From: Planctomycetota bacterium
GTDB taxonomy: Bacteria; Planctomycetota; PLA2; JAEUHO01
Reading direction: 5' to 3'
Length of the DNA stretch: 64,000 bases
NCBI GenBank assembly: GCA_965223505.1
Contig: CBDCWP010000013.1
Coordinates: 128,001 to 192,000, forward strand
Position 1 is the stretch's first letter. Each line of letters begins with the position of its first letter. A model generated the notes under the pieces. It was not told where the DNA came from, made no database searches, and saw only the letters and a list, made by a program, of their open reading frames with translations. This document shows positions 37,863 through 47,472 of the stretch, piece after piece. A program made the position numbers and the translations under genes.

Positions 37863-39221
37863 TTAATGGAGCTGATATTCTTTGAGTTTGCGATACAACG
37901 TCGCAGGAGCAATGGCGAGCTGTCGCGCCGTAGCCTGACGATTTCCAGCATGGTGTCGCAGGGCTTGAAGAATGGCCTCCCGTTCCACTGTCGCGAGGTC
38001 TGAATGAACAGGGAGCATAAGATAGTCCTCTTCATCCATCAGATGACCGAGGCGTTGATGGCTCAAGTCCAAGTCGTTAATCGTAATGGATGTTGACTGG
38101 CAAAGCACAACAGCTCGTTCGATCACATTTTCCAACTCGCGAACATTTCCTGGCCAGTCGTACGACTTCATCGCTTCTAATGCTTCAGATTGAATAGACG
38201 CGACTTCTTTGTGGTTCATCTCGGCGTATCGACGGATAAAATGAGAGGCTAATAAAGGAATGTCGGAGCGCCGCTCTCGCAAGGCCGGCAGGTGTATGGC
38301 AATGACATTGAGGCGGTAATAAAGATCCTCGCGAAAACGCCGCATCCTCACCTCTTCCGCGAGGTTTTTATTGGTGGCCGTAATCAGTCGCACATCCGCA
38401 CGGAGGTCTTGCCTGCCGCCAAGCCGCCTAAACGCGCCGTCTTGTAGAACACGCAACAGTTTAGCCTGGATCTCCATGGGCATGTCGCCAACTTCATCTA
38501 AAAACAACGTGCCCCCATCAGCCAACTCAAAATGTCCGGGTTTGCGTTCGTAAGCCCCAGTAAACGCGCCTTTCTCGTAGCCAAACAATTCCGCCTCTAA
38601 TAAGGCCGGAGGTAAGGCGGCAGCGTTAAGGACGATAAAAGGTTGCGATGCGCGGGTGCTCAAGCGATGCGCCATCGTAGCGATCACTTCTTTACCAGTG
38701 CCGCTTTCGCCAGTCACGAGCAGCGTCGCTCGCGAGGGCGCGACGTGACTAACCAGCTCGCGGATGTGACGCCAAGCTTGGCTGGAACCGATCACCTCGG
38801 ACTGAGAAAATTGGTCGCGAACTTGTTTCTTGAGTATCCGATTTTCAACGATGAGCGCCTGCACGGCGCTCGCTTTTTGTAACGTGATGACGGTGCGTTC
38901 GCGGCTCATCGGTTTAACCAAATAGTCAAAAGCGCCTTCTTTCATGGCTTCAACCGCAACCTCGATATCCTGGCCGCCAGACATGATAATGACGCAGATG
39001 CCCGGATGCTCAGCCTTCACCTGCCGAAGCAGGTCGAGGCCACTCATGCCACCCATCTTGACATCGGTCAAGAGCAGATCGATATCATGCTGCCCAAGCA
39101 GTGATAAGGCCTCTTCGCCGGATGTCGTCGTGGTGACAGTATAACCCTCCTGAGTCAACATAACCTCTAGCGCTCTCAGCGTGCTCGCGACATCGTCAAC
39201 GACCAAGACGTGCGGCATCAT
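37863..39221 (-). CDS. sigma-54-dependent response regulator (NtrC/AtoC-type bEBP: REC-AAA+-Fis HTH)
   Basis: VVDD/TDVKM REC; GESGTGKE, intact GAFTGA, LFLDEVG, WPGNVRELEN; HTH IAPATLYRKL. Confidence 0.96.
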   Translation of the reverse strand: MMPHVLVVDDVASTLRALEVMLTQEGYTVTTTTSGEEALSLLGQHDIDLLLTDVKMGGMSGLDLLRQVKAEHPGICVIIMSGGQDIEVAVEAMKEGAFDYLVKPMSRERTVITLQKASAVQALIVENRILKKQVRDQFSQSEVIGSSQAWRHIRELVSHVAPSRATLLVTGESGTGKEVIATMAHRLSTRASQPFIVLNAAALPPALLEAELFGYEKGAFTGAYERKPGHFELADGGTLFLDEVGDMPMEIQAKLLRVLQDGAFRRLGGRQDLRADVRLITATNKNLAEEVRMRRFREDLYYRLNVIAIHLPALRERRSDIPLLASHFIRRYAEMNHKEVASIQSEALEAMKSYDWPGNVRELENVIERAVVLCQSTSITINDLDLSHQRLGHLMDEEDYLMLPVHSDLATVEREAILQALRHHAGNRQATARQLAIAPATLYRKLKEYQLH

Positions 39222-39308
39222 TTTTGTCCCCTGGTAAGACGAAACGTTTGGCGGGTAGTCGACTGCGCCTGCGCCCGCGAAAACGCTGAGGCGCGGCTCG
39301 CAGGACCG

Positions 39309-39476
39309 TCAAATTCTTCGACGCGTGGCATTCATGATCAACGAGATCACGAAAATCACTAAAAAGATAAAAAATAGAATCTTAGCAATGCCGGCCGCCG
39401 CCCCGGCCACGCCGCCAAACCCAAGCACGGCGGCGATTAGCGCGATTACCAAAAACACTAACGCCCAGCTCAGCAT
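39309..39476 (-). CDS. ytjA: DUF1328 (UPF0391/YtjA) small membrane protein, 55 aa (not in ORF track)
   Basis: [55 protein letters not shown]. Confidence 0.95.
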   Translation of the reverse strand: MLSWALVFLVIALIAAVLGFGGVAGAAAGIAKILFFIFLVIFVISLIMNATRRRI

Positions 39477-39590
39477 TTTCTCTCTCCTCCTACGTAATTT
39501 TCTAAAGAGTGGCAGAGTGAATGGCCCACCAAAAGATATTTTTCATGCTTTCCGGGAGCGGCCCGGCTTCATGGCGACTCTCAAAGGTTA

Positions 39591-39616
39591 GCGTCACGTC
39601 TGTGCAGACGTGACGC
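39591..39616. other. Hairpin between csbD and DUF1328
   Basis: GCGTCACGTCTG-TG-CAGACGTGACGC. Confidence 0.6.
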
Positions 39617-39623
39617 GTATCGA

Positions 39624-39839
39624 TTAAGGCGCCGTTCGCTCGTAGTCGTTGAGACGGCGCGTCACCTCAGCTCTAGCCTCTTCCTTCGTCCACCCATAGC
39701 GCTCTTGCATTTTGCCGACGAGTTTGTCCTGATCGCCGTCAATTTGGTCGAGTTCGTCATCGGTTAACTCCCCCCACCACTTTTTTGCTTCGCCTCGAAT
39801 CTGTTTCCATTTTCCCTTTAATACATCTGTGTTCATCAC
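39624..39839 (-). CDS. csbD: CsbD family stress protein (YjbJ-like)
   Basis: N-x-D-x2-KGKWKQ-x-RG-x2-K-x2-WGELTDD-x-LD-x-I-x-G...G-x2-QERYG-x2-KE-x-A. Confidence 0.95.
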   Translation of the reverse strand: MMNTDVLKGKWKQIRGEAKKWWGELTDDELDQIDGDQDKLVGKMQERYGWTKEEARAEVTRRLNDYERTAP

Positions 39840-39865
39840 GCTCTCCCTACGCTATTCTAGAGGCG

Positions 39866-39895
39866 CGACGCACCTGTGAGGCCACAGGTGCGTCG
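39866..39895. other. Hairpin in the csbD 5' UTR
   Basis: CGACGCACCTGTG-AGGC-CACAGGTGCGTCG, 13-bp stem. Confidence 0.6.
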
Positions 39896-39947
39896 TGTGA
39901 AGATAGGCTCCTGACGGCCTGCTAAGGCGCGTCCTGATATAGATAGA

Positions 39948-39961
39948 GCAATGATCGTGCC
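39948..39961 (-). promoter_or_regulatory. sigma-54 promoter for csbD-DUF1328-bEBP-EEP
   Basis: Minus strand TTGGCACGATCATTGCT, perfect consensus. Confidence 0.88.
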
Positions 39962-40035
39962 AATCCGCTCATCGGCAATCGGCTTGAGAAAAGGGGCGTT
40001 AAGCTGAGAGATTGAGAAACGAGTGTCAGCATGTG

Positions 40036-40068
40036 TTTAATTTTGAGAATATTACTTTCATTTTAAGA
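40036..40068. promoter_or_regulatory. Putative UAS pair (20-bp period)
   Basis: TTTAATTTTGAGA (40036) and TTTCATTTTAAGA (40056). Confidence 0.58.
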
Positions 40069-40161
40069 GTATGCACGCTTGGCTGCTCCGTCTCAACAGC
40101 GCTGGAGCCCAGTGACCCCAGATCGTTTGGGAAAACAGCCGTAGCGACAATTTGTGGCGAT

Positions 40162-40175
40162 GGTACAAGGCTTGC
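40162..40175 (+). promoter_or_regulatory. sigma-54 promoter for pssA-histidine kinase
   Basis: ATGGTACAAGGCTTGCA. Confidence 0.75.
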
Positions 40176-40249
40176 AACAATTAGCAGCGATAGCGGCAGC
40201 GCTGTGATGGCGCCAAAAAACTTTTGACACACGTTTGGGAGAAAGCGTC

Positions 40250-40882
40250 ATGATCCCCTCTGACCGAACCCATTTGACGATGTTGCGTTCGTTTCGGCCT
40301 CCCGATGTTCTGACATTCGCCAACGCCAGCTGCGGCATGCTCGCCATTTTTCTCTGTCTAAGCTACCTCGACAGTGGACAGCATCCTACCTTTGGCATCG
40401 TTTTTTTACTACTGCCATTAGCTCTGGTATTTGATTTGCTCGACGGGGTTGTGGCGCGCTGGTTGAAGCGCACGTCGGTGCTTGGCGCTGACCTCGACTC
40501 CCTGGCCGATAGTCTCTCTTTTGGCGTCGCGCCGGCCGTGCTCGGCTATACCCTTGGCCTGCGCGGCGGCTGGGATGTCTGCATCCTGACTTATTTTGTC
40601 GCCTGCGGGCTGAGCCGCTTGGCGCGCTATAACGTCACGGCGGTCACGCTATCTGATATCGAAGGCAAAGTTCGCTATTATGAAGGGGTCCCCATACCGG
40701 CCAATGTGCTTTTGGTGTTGCTGTTGGGCCTCGCGTTCGCCCTCGGGCGCGTCGGCCCCAATATGTGGCTTGGCGCCTATGCCGTTGGCCCGGCGGTCTT
40801 GCATCCCATAGCCCTCCTTTATGGCGTCAGCGGGAGTTTGATGATCAGCCGCACCATTCGCATCCCCAAACCTGGGTGGTAA
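40250..40882 (+). CDS. pssA: CDP-alcohol phosphatidyltransferase (phosphatidylserine synthase type)
   Basis: D-x2-DG-x2-AR...G-x3-DSLAD-x2-SFGVAP; RLARYN. Confidence 0.85.
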   Translation: MIPSDRTHLTMLRSFRPPDVLTFANASCGMLAIFLCLSYLDSGQHPTFGIVFLLLPLALVFDLLDGVVARWLKRTSVLGADLDSLADSLSFGVAPAVLGYTLGLRGGWDVCILTYFVACGLSRLARYNVTAVTLSDIEGKVRYYEGVPIPANVLLVLLLGLAFALGRVGPNMWLGAYAVGPAVLHPIALLYGVSGSLMISRTIRIPKPGW

Positions 40883-41023
40883 AGGGCGCGCGCCATCACT
40901 CGGCCGCTCGCAACGGCGTCGGGCTTTTTACCAATCCGGATTTATGTTACGCTTTCGCCCATTTCGAAGAAGGCCACACATTTAGTTTGCGTAGAAATCA
41001 TATCAGTAGGGACAAAACATCTA

Positions 41024-42151
41024 ATGTCATCCACATCGCTGAGTCAAGGATCGACGGGTAGGACATGGCCAGGCAATGCCGCAAACCAATCTGGCGATCA
41101 ACGCCAGGGGGCGGAAGTTGCTGGACGATTATCCGAACTGGCGGCGGGTGTCGCCATTTTGGGACCGGACGCGACGGTGTCTTCCTGGAGCGCCTCAGCT
41201 GCGGCGATGACGGGCTATACCCTTGATCAGGTGCGTCAAATCGGGCTCGCCGCCATCTTTGAACCGGCAGAGGTGATGCGGCATATGCTATACAAAGGCG
41301 GCGCTGGAGTCCCAACCCCTAGTGAGTATCTCCAACTGCGACACGGGGATGGCCATCTGATCCCGGTGCTGGCCCAGTGCGCTCCCCAGCGCCGCCAGCG
41401 ACAACACCCGTGTCCTTTAGCCTTGGTGTTTCGCCCCATTGATGTCCATCTTGAAAACTTGCGCCAAGATGAACACTGGATGGTCATGGGGCGGTTTTCC
41501 AGCTCGTTGTCACACGACATTCGCAATCAACTCAACGCGGTGATGTTGCACACGGATGTCCTAAGCGACGCCTTGGACGACGCGCCCTCTGAGACGCGCG
41601 TCGCCATGACCGAATCCGTGGAGGATATCCGGCGCGAAATCAACCGCCTACACGAGCTGCTCGATCAAATGCTCTCTCTGGGCCGTTTGACCCGGCTAAA
41701 TCTTGAGCCGGTGATGCTCGCCACATTGATAGAGGCATTAGGAGAAGAAATCGAACCGCTGCTTTCGTCACACGGCATTCGGCTGCATCAGCGCCTGAGC
41801 GCAGAGCTTGGCGAGGTTGGCTTACACGCCAATACCTTTCGCTATCTATGGCTCAATCTGGTTCGCAACGCCATTGAGGCGATGCCGGACGGGGGCGAAC
41901 TCACCATCTGCGCTGAGTGCTCGGACGATGAAGCGCGTTTGACCATCACCGATACGGGCGCAGGCGTTGCCATGGACCAAATCCCCTTGCTCTTTGCCCC
42001 GTTTCAGACCACAAAACCAGATGGCGCTGGCCTTGGGCTTTACATCGCGCAGGAAATTGCCGAGGCTCACCAGGGGCGTATTGAAGTCTCTAATGAAGGA
42101 GGCTTGGGCGCGTCTGTCACCGTGACGCTGCCAATATTGAAACCGGTCTAG
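41024..42151 (+). CDS. Cytoplasmic PAS-domain sensor histidine kinase
   Basis: PAS-like W-x3-A-x2-MTGY; HDIRNQL; NLVRNAIEA, DTGAG, PFQTTK, GAGLGL. Confidence 0.9.
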   Translation: MSSTSLSQGSTGRTWPGNAANQSGDQRQGAEVAGRLSELAAGVAILGPDATVSSWSASAAAMTGYTLDQVRQIGLAAIFEPAEVMRHMLYKGGAGVPTPSEYLQLRHGDGHLIPVLAQCAPQRRQRQHPCPLALVFRPIDVHLENLRQDEHWMVMGRFSSSLSHDIRNQLNAVMLHTDVLSDALDDAPSETRVAMTESVEDIRREINRLHELLDQMLSLGRLTRLNLEPVMLATLIEALGEEIEPLLSSHGIRLHQRLSAELGEVGLHANTFRYLWLNLVRNAIEAMPDGGELTICAECSDDEARLTITDTGAGVAMDQIPLLFAPFQTTKPDGAGLGLYIAQEIAEAHQGRIEVSNEGGLGASVTVTLPILKPV

Positions 42152-42182
42152 AGCGTCCCTGAGCTGGCGTAAAGGGCTGCGC

Positions 42183-43076
42183 CTAAGATGCAGGTTGGCG
42201 ATCGTTATCGTGGCTCGCCTGCTCGCGTTTGGCCAGTTCGAACGGTTCCTTAAAGGTTAATGTCCGATAGGGAAATGGTATCTCGATGCCGGCGTCGTCA
42301 AGGGCTCGCTTGACGGCTGCGACCACTTGATCTCGCGAACTACGGATGTCGACAGGTTGGGAGCCGGTCCACCAGGCGACTTCGAAATCGATGCTGCTTG
42401 GACCAAATGCCTGAGCAAAGATCTGCACCTCGTGATCGTTGTCGACGCTCTCTAGCGTCGTCACGGCTTGGCGGATCACGTCGCGGGCGTGATCGACATC
42501 TTCGCCATAGGCGACCCCGCAAATGATCGTCACGCGCCGATGATCGAGATCCGTCCGCACGGTAACGGGGTTTTTAAACAGCTGCGCGTTTGGTATCACC
42601 ACGCGTTGCCCGTCGGTTTGACGCAGGTGGGTATCGCGAATGGTAATCTGTTCCACCCGTCCCTCAATGTTTCCGGTTTCGATGAAATCTTTAATGGCAA
42701 ACGGCTCTCGAAGCAAAATTAAAACACCGGCAAAGAAGTTTTCAAAAATATCCTTAAAGGCGAAGCCGATGGCGATCGACCCGAGCCCGAGCGTGGTCAA
42801 CACTCTGGCCGGCGTGAGGGTGGGAAACACAATGAGGGCGGCGGCGAGAAGCCCGATGGTCCACAGGGTGGATGCGATCAACTTTTGACCCAATTCAACG
42901 AGTGAGGCGCGGAACCGGAAGCGCGACAGAAGCGCAGCGGCTAGAGGACGGATGATGCGGTTGAGTAGCCATGTGGCGGCTAAAACCAATAGGCCAAAGC
43001 CAAGCTGCGGTAAGTGCGCGAGAAAAGCCTGACTCATGCCGCGCAATTGCTCCGAGATAATCTGAAGGGCTTCCAT
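42183..43076 (-). CDS. MscS small-conductance mechanosensitive channel
   Basis: LGLGSIAIGFAFKDIFENF, DGQRVVIPN, GIEIPFP. Confidence 0.93.
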   Translation of the reverse strand: MEALQIISEQLRGMSQAFLAHLPQLGFGLLVLAATWLLNRIIRPLAAALLSRFRFRASLVELGQKLIASTLWTIGLLAAALIVFPTLTPARVLTTLGLGSIAIGFAFKDIFENFFAGVLILLREPFAIKDFIETGNIEGRVEQITIRDTHLRQTDGQRVVIPNAQLFKNPVTVRTDLDHRRVTIICGVAYGEDVDHARDVIRQAVTTLESVDNDHEVQIFAQAFGPSSIDFEVAWWTGSQPVDIRSSRDQVVAAVKRALDDAGIEIPFPYRTLTFKEPFELAKREQASHDNDRQPAS

Positions 43077-43181
43077 GCGTGTCGTGCTCCTGTGTATGGT
43101 CCTAAAACGACGCGGAGTAACGCCTTGCCACCAGGTATGTCGCCTGCGCTTACCCCGCGTTCCTTCATCAGCTATCTAGCC

Positions 43182-43195
43182 GCAAATGTTATGCC
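43182..43195 (-). promoter_or_regulatory. sigma-54 promoter for MscS
   Basis: Minus strand ATGGCATAACATTTGCG. Confidence 0.8.
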
Positions 43196-43253
43196 ATGTG
43201 AAGACCACCCAAGGCGCGCATCAAACCCATTTTGGCCTGTTTAGCCCGCACGT

Positions 43254-43267
43254 GGCACAAATTTTGC
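43254..43267 (+). promoter_or_regulatory. sigma-54 promoter for coiled-coil lipoprotein
   Basis: GTGGCACAAATTTTGCT. Confidence 0.87.
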
Positions 43268-43337
43268 TGATATTAAGGGCGCAGGAGAGTTAACGGCTAA
43301 TGTGTCAACCCGACTTGAGCATCGTAAAGGAGATCGT

Positions 43338-43787
43338 ATGCCTATCATGAAGTGGATCATGGTAATCGCGTCAATATTCGCCGTGATGGCTTGCGGCCAA
43401 CAAGAAACGACGCAATCTGCTACGGAGGACGTTAAGTCTTCCGCCGCAGAACTAAAACGCGAGAGCAAAGAATTGTTGGGCGCCATCCGTGATTTTACCA
43501 TGGATCAGAAAGAAATTTTGCAACAAAAAGTCCGTCAACAATTATCGACTTTTGACGATAAGATCGACCATTTACAAGCTAAAGCAGAAAATGCTAACGA
43601 CGAGGCTAAAGCTCAATGGGATGCCCTGTCTATTGATATGAAGAAAAAGCTTGAGGTGGCTGAGCAACGTGCAGAACGTCTAAAAGACGTTAGCGCCGAC
43701 AAGTGGGATGACGTTAAAGCCAGTTTATCTGCCGCTTTGGAAGATATTGAAGAGGCCTACAATAGGGCTGTTGCGCGTTTGCAATAA
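43338..43787 (+). CDS. Coiled-coil lipoprotein
   Basis: RBS AAGGAG; lipobox VMAC; helical C-terminus S-x2-KWDDVK. Confidence 0.82.
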   Translation: MPIMKWIMVIASIFAVMACGQQETTQSATEDVKSSAAELKRESKELLGAIRDFTMDQKEILQQKVRQQLSTFDDKIDHLQAKAENANDEAKAQWDALSIDMKKKLEVAEQRAERLKDVSADKWDDVKASLSAALEDIEEAYNRAVARLQ

Positions 43788-43981
43788 GTTCGTGTGGACT
43801 CGGTCTCGGAGCTCCGGGCTGATGGCGATATGGTAGTCCAGCGAGTCCACCCACAGATGGCCTTTCCCTGTTCAGGCTGTAAACGCAGTTTGTTTCCTGC
43901 CATTGTCGACATCATTATCCTAGATGACAACGGGATGCGCACCTAATACTACTTTGTCATTTTGCCAACATGTGAGCAGCC

Positions 43982-44590
43982 CTCGTGATTGAGGATACGG
44001 GCCTAGGCATCCCTGAGGCGCTACAGGAGCGAGTGTTTGAACCCTTTTTTTCCCACCAAGCCGGTGGGGGAAGGCGCGGGTCTTCGGTTCTCATTTTGCA
44101 AAGGCATTATCGAAAACCACGACGGCCGTCTAGCCGTTGAGAACGCGCCCCAACGCGGCGCCGCGGTTCGCGTCGAGTTGCCCATTAGGCCGGCCGCCAA
44201 GGCAAACGCATTCTAATCATTGATGATGAAGATAGTATTCGACGCGCCTTGTCACGACTTCTCAGTCCTGATGGCTATCGCGTGGAGACGGCGGCCAATG
44301 GGCGCTTAGCGCTCGAACAAATCGCATTGACCGCCTACAATCTTCTCATTTTCGACTGGCGCATGCCCGAACTCGACGGCCAGGGCTTTTATCAAGCGTT
44401 ACAGGAGAACAACCCCGAACTTTGCCGCCGCGTGATCTTTTTGACCGGCGATGTGTTGAGCCCTGATCTCGAAGCTTGTATTGACCAGAGCCCGACGGCT
44501 CGGTTGCATAAACCGTTTAGCGCCGCTGCTTGTCGCCGGATTGTTCATCAGACGTTGCAGCGCCTTGAAGCATCGGGCGACTCCCCTTGA
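43982..44590 (+). pseudogene. Hybrid histidine kinase remnant (HATPase + REC), frameshifted and 5'-deleted
   Basis: LVIEDTGLGIP...VFEPFF|PTKPVGEG-x-GL...GIIENHDG then ILIIDDE...DWRMPELDG...FLTGD...KPF; resembles C-terminus of the 61249 kinase. Confidence 0.8.
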
Positions 44591-44789
44591 GGGCATGATA
44601 AATCAACGCGCCGCCGCCAGCGACGAGAGCCAGGTGACCGAGCGAACGGCGCAAACCATAGCACGCGAGAGCGGCGCCGCCTACAAAAGACGCCAGCCGC
44701 TCGGCGTTGCTCATCGAGGTCGGAACAGGACATTCAGGAACGGGTCGGGGATCGCCAGGCGAGGCCTGGGCTGTCGTTGTTTGTGTCAT
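44517..44789 (-). pseudogene. DUF2892-like N-terminus of an SRPBCC/cyclase family gene, truncated
   Basis: MSNAERLASFVGGAAL-x2-YGL...GGALIY; runs into the convergent REC remnant with no SRPBCC domain. Confidence 0.55.
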
Positions 44790-45316
44790 TATTGCTTCAC
44801 CGCCTCTTCTCTTGTTGACTCCGCTTCAACACCCATCATGGTGACTTCGCGCTTTCGTTCATACCGCTCATCGGTGGACGCATTAGGGGTCTCCGTGGCT
44901 GGCTGAAACCAATCGCCCAGACCATCCCAGACGCCGCACATCCAGTCGCAAACCGATTGCAACAGGCCCGGGCTAGCTAATGCGCCTGACGGCGAGGCCT
45001 CTTGGCGCGAGCGCGCCAGCCATGCGTAAGCGGCGCTCAGACCCACGACGCCCAAAATGAGCAAGACGACATCAAAACCCTTGTGCGGACGCCGCTGCTT
45101 CAACAGCGACAGACGTTGCGCTCGACGCCACTTGGGGAGATGCAGAGGGCGCAAATCAGAAGAGGCATCCTCTAGCAAGTCCCCGACGCGATGCGAAGCA
45201 GACAAGAGCTGCGCCCGTGTGCGAGCGCGACGCTGCCGCCCGCGAGCAGGATCCATCCAGTACATCATGCCCGCTCCAAGCCCAATGCTGCCGAGTAAAA
45301 ACCATTCTCGTTTCAT
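44789..45316 (-). CDS. Hypothetical membrane protein with GLGAGMMYWMDP-x2-GR-x-RRA N-terminus
   Basis: N-terminal motif seen in YtxH/BON-associated stress proteins; RBS GGAAGG. Confidence 0.65.
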   Translation of the reverse strand: MKREWFLLGSIGLGAGMMYWMDPARGRQRRARTRAQLLSASHRVGDLLEDASSDLRPLHLPKWRRAQRLSLLKQRRPHKGFDVVLLILGVVGLSAAYAWLARSRQEASPSGALASPGLLQSVCDWMCGVWDGLGDWFQPATETPNASTDERYERKREVTMMGVEAESTREEAVKQ

Positions 45317-45373
45317 AGGTGAACCTTCCTTTCAGGTCACTACCGCCGTAAAGTCGACATTTTCTTGCAAACT

Positions 45374-45772
45374 TTAGACGTTAGATGGATAAACTTCAAA
45401 CCCGCCTATGGATTGCCTGATCCAATCCAACAAGCCGCGCCATTCATCGAGATCAAATGGCTTCTTCATGGTCTCTTTAGCGCCGAGGTCATGAGCCAAG
45501 GACAGCTTTTCGCGGTTTGCTGACATCGCGATGATGATGGCTGCTGGGTCATCACGGTGAATGGCTTTGATTAACTCCAAGCCGTTCATTTCCGGCATAT
45601 AAATATCCGATATCACAGCATCGATTGCTAACTCTTGATAGCGTTGAAGCCCCTCGCGACCATTTTGCGCCTCGACCACTACGCAATCTAAGCTCTCCAA
45701 AAATGTACGTAGGAGCTCTCGGATCTCGGCTTCATCTTCAACGAGAAGAATCTTTACTTGTGTGGGACGCAT
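45374..45772 (-). CDS. Single-domain response regulator
   Basis: ILLVEDE, SDIYMPEMNG, AMSA, KPF. Confidence 0.9.
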   Translation of the reverse strand: MRPTQVKILLVEDEAEIRELLRTFLESLDCVVVEAQNGREGLQRYQELAIDAVISDIYMPEMNGLELIKAIHRDDPAAIIIAMSANREKLSLAHDLGAKETMKKPFDLDEWRGLLDWIRQSIGGFEVYPSNV

Positions 45773-45996
45773 CGTATTTCCCCCATCTCTTGACATCGAT
45801 CGTAATGACCTGGCTCGGAGCCGACTCAGGCGTTGCGGAGAAAACATGTCGCCATCCGGTTGAGCGCTACTCAACTGCTAGTTACAGCGTATCGACCAAA
45901 GCCGATGGCGCCAGATGCTTGGGCGGTTCAGCGCCCACAGCTAGGCTCAATGCCAAGGCGAGCCTACGCATTTCAATCTGTCTCAGGCAGGAAAAC

Positions 45997-46010
45997 GCAA
46001 GATTTATGCC
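45997..46010 (-). promoter_or_regulatory. sigma-54 promoter for response regulator operon
   Basis: Minus strand TTGGCATAAATCTTGCG. Confidence 0.8.
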
Positions 46011-46155
46011 AACATACCAGTGCGTCCACGTTTTCCTTAAGGCGAGACGCGACTTCTCGAGGCAGTTTCACTTCATCCGTATGCGCCCAGCTCTTTGGGC
46101 CTACCAAATCCCCATTGTCCGCACGAGGGAAGACGTCACACTCAGCCTGTCGGTG

Positions 46156-46189
46156 TCTCGTTTTAAAAATCACCCCTCTCAAATTGAGA
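46156..46189. promoter_or_regulatory. Tandem palindromic putative UAS pair, 21-bp period
   Basis: TCTCGTTTTAAAA (46156) and TCTCAAATTGAGA (46177). Confidence 0.72.
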
Positions 46190-46302
46190 GACCGAGACTC
46201 CTATGGTAACCCACACCCGCAGGCCATGTGCGGTTGGCGCCAAGGCGAAAGATGCCGTTTATATGACAATACTTGAATCCAACGCTTGCTGTTGATTGCA
46301 AT

Positions 46303-46316
46303 GGCACAAAACTTGC
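46303..46316 (+). promoter_or_regulatory. sigma-54 promoter for Cys-rich remnant-USP-PRC unit
   Basis: ATGGCACAAAACTTGCC. Confidence 0.83.
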
Positions 46317-46423
46317 CCTGATGACATGATGCCGCGCCGCAGAGCCCGGATCATCATCGAGCAAGGTGGCAAGGGTTTCGGTGGGTAAGCCGGTGTTAAT
46401 GTAATTGGCAAGAGGATTGTTCT

Positions 46424-46896
46424 ATGCGCAAAGGAGGGACTTTCGCCTGGCCCAGGCGAAAGCAAGCCCTGGCGGCATGGCCCGCGGTCGTGACAATTTG
46501 GGCGCTGCTGACAACCTCTGGGGCAGTTTATGCCGCAAACCAAACGGTTCGGTGATTCAAAATGCCGCCCCGGTCTTGTGAAGGTCAACCGTCGCTGCCT
46601 GCGGGTCCCCGACGTGTGACTGCGGAGCGCTGCGCCTGGTGTCGAAAACCCATGATCCCTGTGAGGCGACGGTGGCCGCAGGCGGGTGTCGGCAGGGCAG
46701 CGGGATGTGTTGCGTCTGCGAGGGCCTTCACACCTCGGCGGCGTGTGGAGAAGATTCATGCGCATGTGGCGCAACGCAAGCACCGGTAGAGATCAATGCC
46801 CCGTACGAGTTGGTGTCTCCGGCGGGCTCCTGCCGCTTGAGTAGTGGCGCCGCGCGCACATACTTGGATTTTAACATAGGAGTAGGGGATGGATAA
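46424..46896 (+). pseudogene. Secreted cysteine-rich repeat protein, multiply frameshifted
   Basis: RBS AGAGGA plus signal-like MRKGG...VYA; duplicated unit CEG...AACG-x3-C-x-CGA spread over different frames. Confidence 0.5.
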
Positions 46897-47362
46897 TATC
46901 AAAGCTATTCAGCACATCCTGACGCCGATTGATTTTGGCAAGGCCTCCGATCATGCCTTAACAATGGCTATACAGCTTGGACAGGTTCTGAAAGCTCGGC
47001 TAACTCTGATGCATGTCGTGCAGACGCCTTCGATAGTCGGATTCGATCCTGGCATGGGTGTCGCGCAGTATATGGATGAGATAACTGTGCAAGCGAAACA
47101 ATCATTGGCGCAATACGCACAGCGCGTGCAAGAAGCTGGACTCGTTTGCGAGACCGTGACGGAGATCGGGTCGCCATTTCAGTTGATTGTCGACTACGCC
47201 GAGACGCAACAAGTCGATATGATTGTCATGGGAACTCATGGCCACACGGGCTTGCAGCATATGTTACTTGGCAGTGTAGCGGAGCGAGTGGTGCGTCTGT
47301 CGAAGTGCCCAGTGCTAGTCACTCCAGGAGCTCAGGAAGAGTCCGCAACTGATGAAAACTAG
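46889..47362 (+). CDS. Universal stress protein (UspA family)
   Basis: ILTPIDF, DMIVMGTHGHTG-x4-LLGSVAERVVR-x3-CPVL. Confidence 0.95.
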   Translation: MDNIKAIQHILTPIDFGKASDHALTMAIQLGQVLKARLTLMHVVQTPSIVGFDPGMGVAQYMDEITVQAKQSLAQYAQRVQEAGLVCETVTEIGSPFQLIVDYAETQQVDMIVMGTHGHTGLQHMLLGSVAERVVRLSKCPVLVTPGAQEESATDEN

Positions 47363-47472
47363 AAATAAAAGTTATCTGACAGCGGGCGGCGCTATTCATG
47401 GGTCGGCTGAGATAAAGGCAAGGTTGATAGAAACATAGACCACGAACTACTACAGTAAAGGGAGATAGCATT

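Noticed and set aside
46553..46555. In-frame TGA as possible selenocysteine
   Set aside because: No redox motif context; additional frameshifts favour decay
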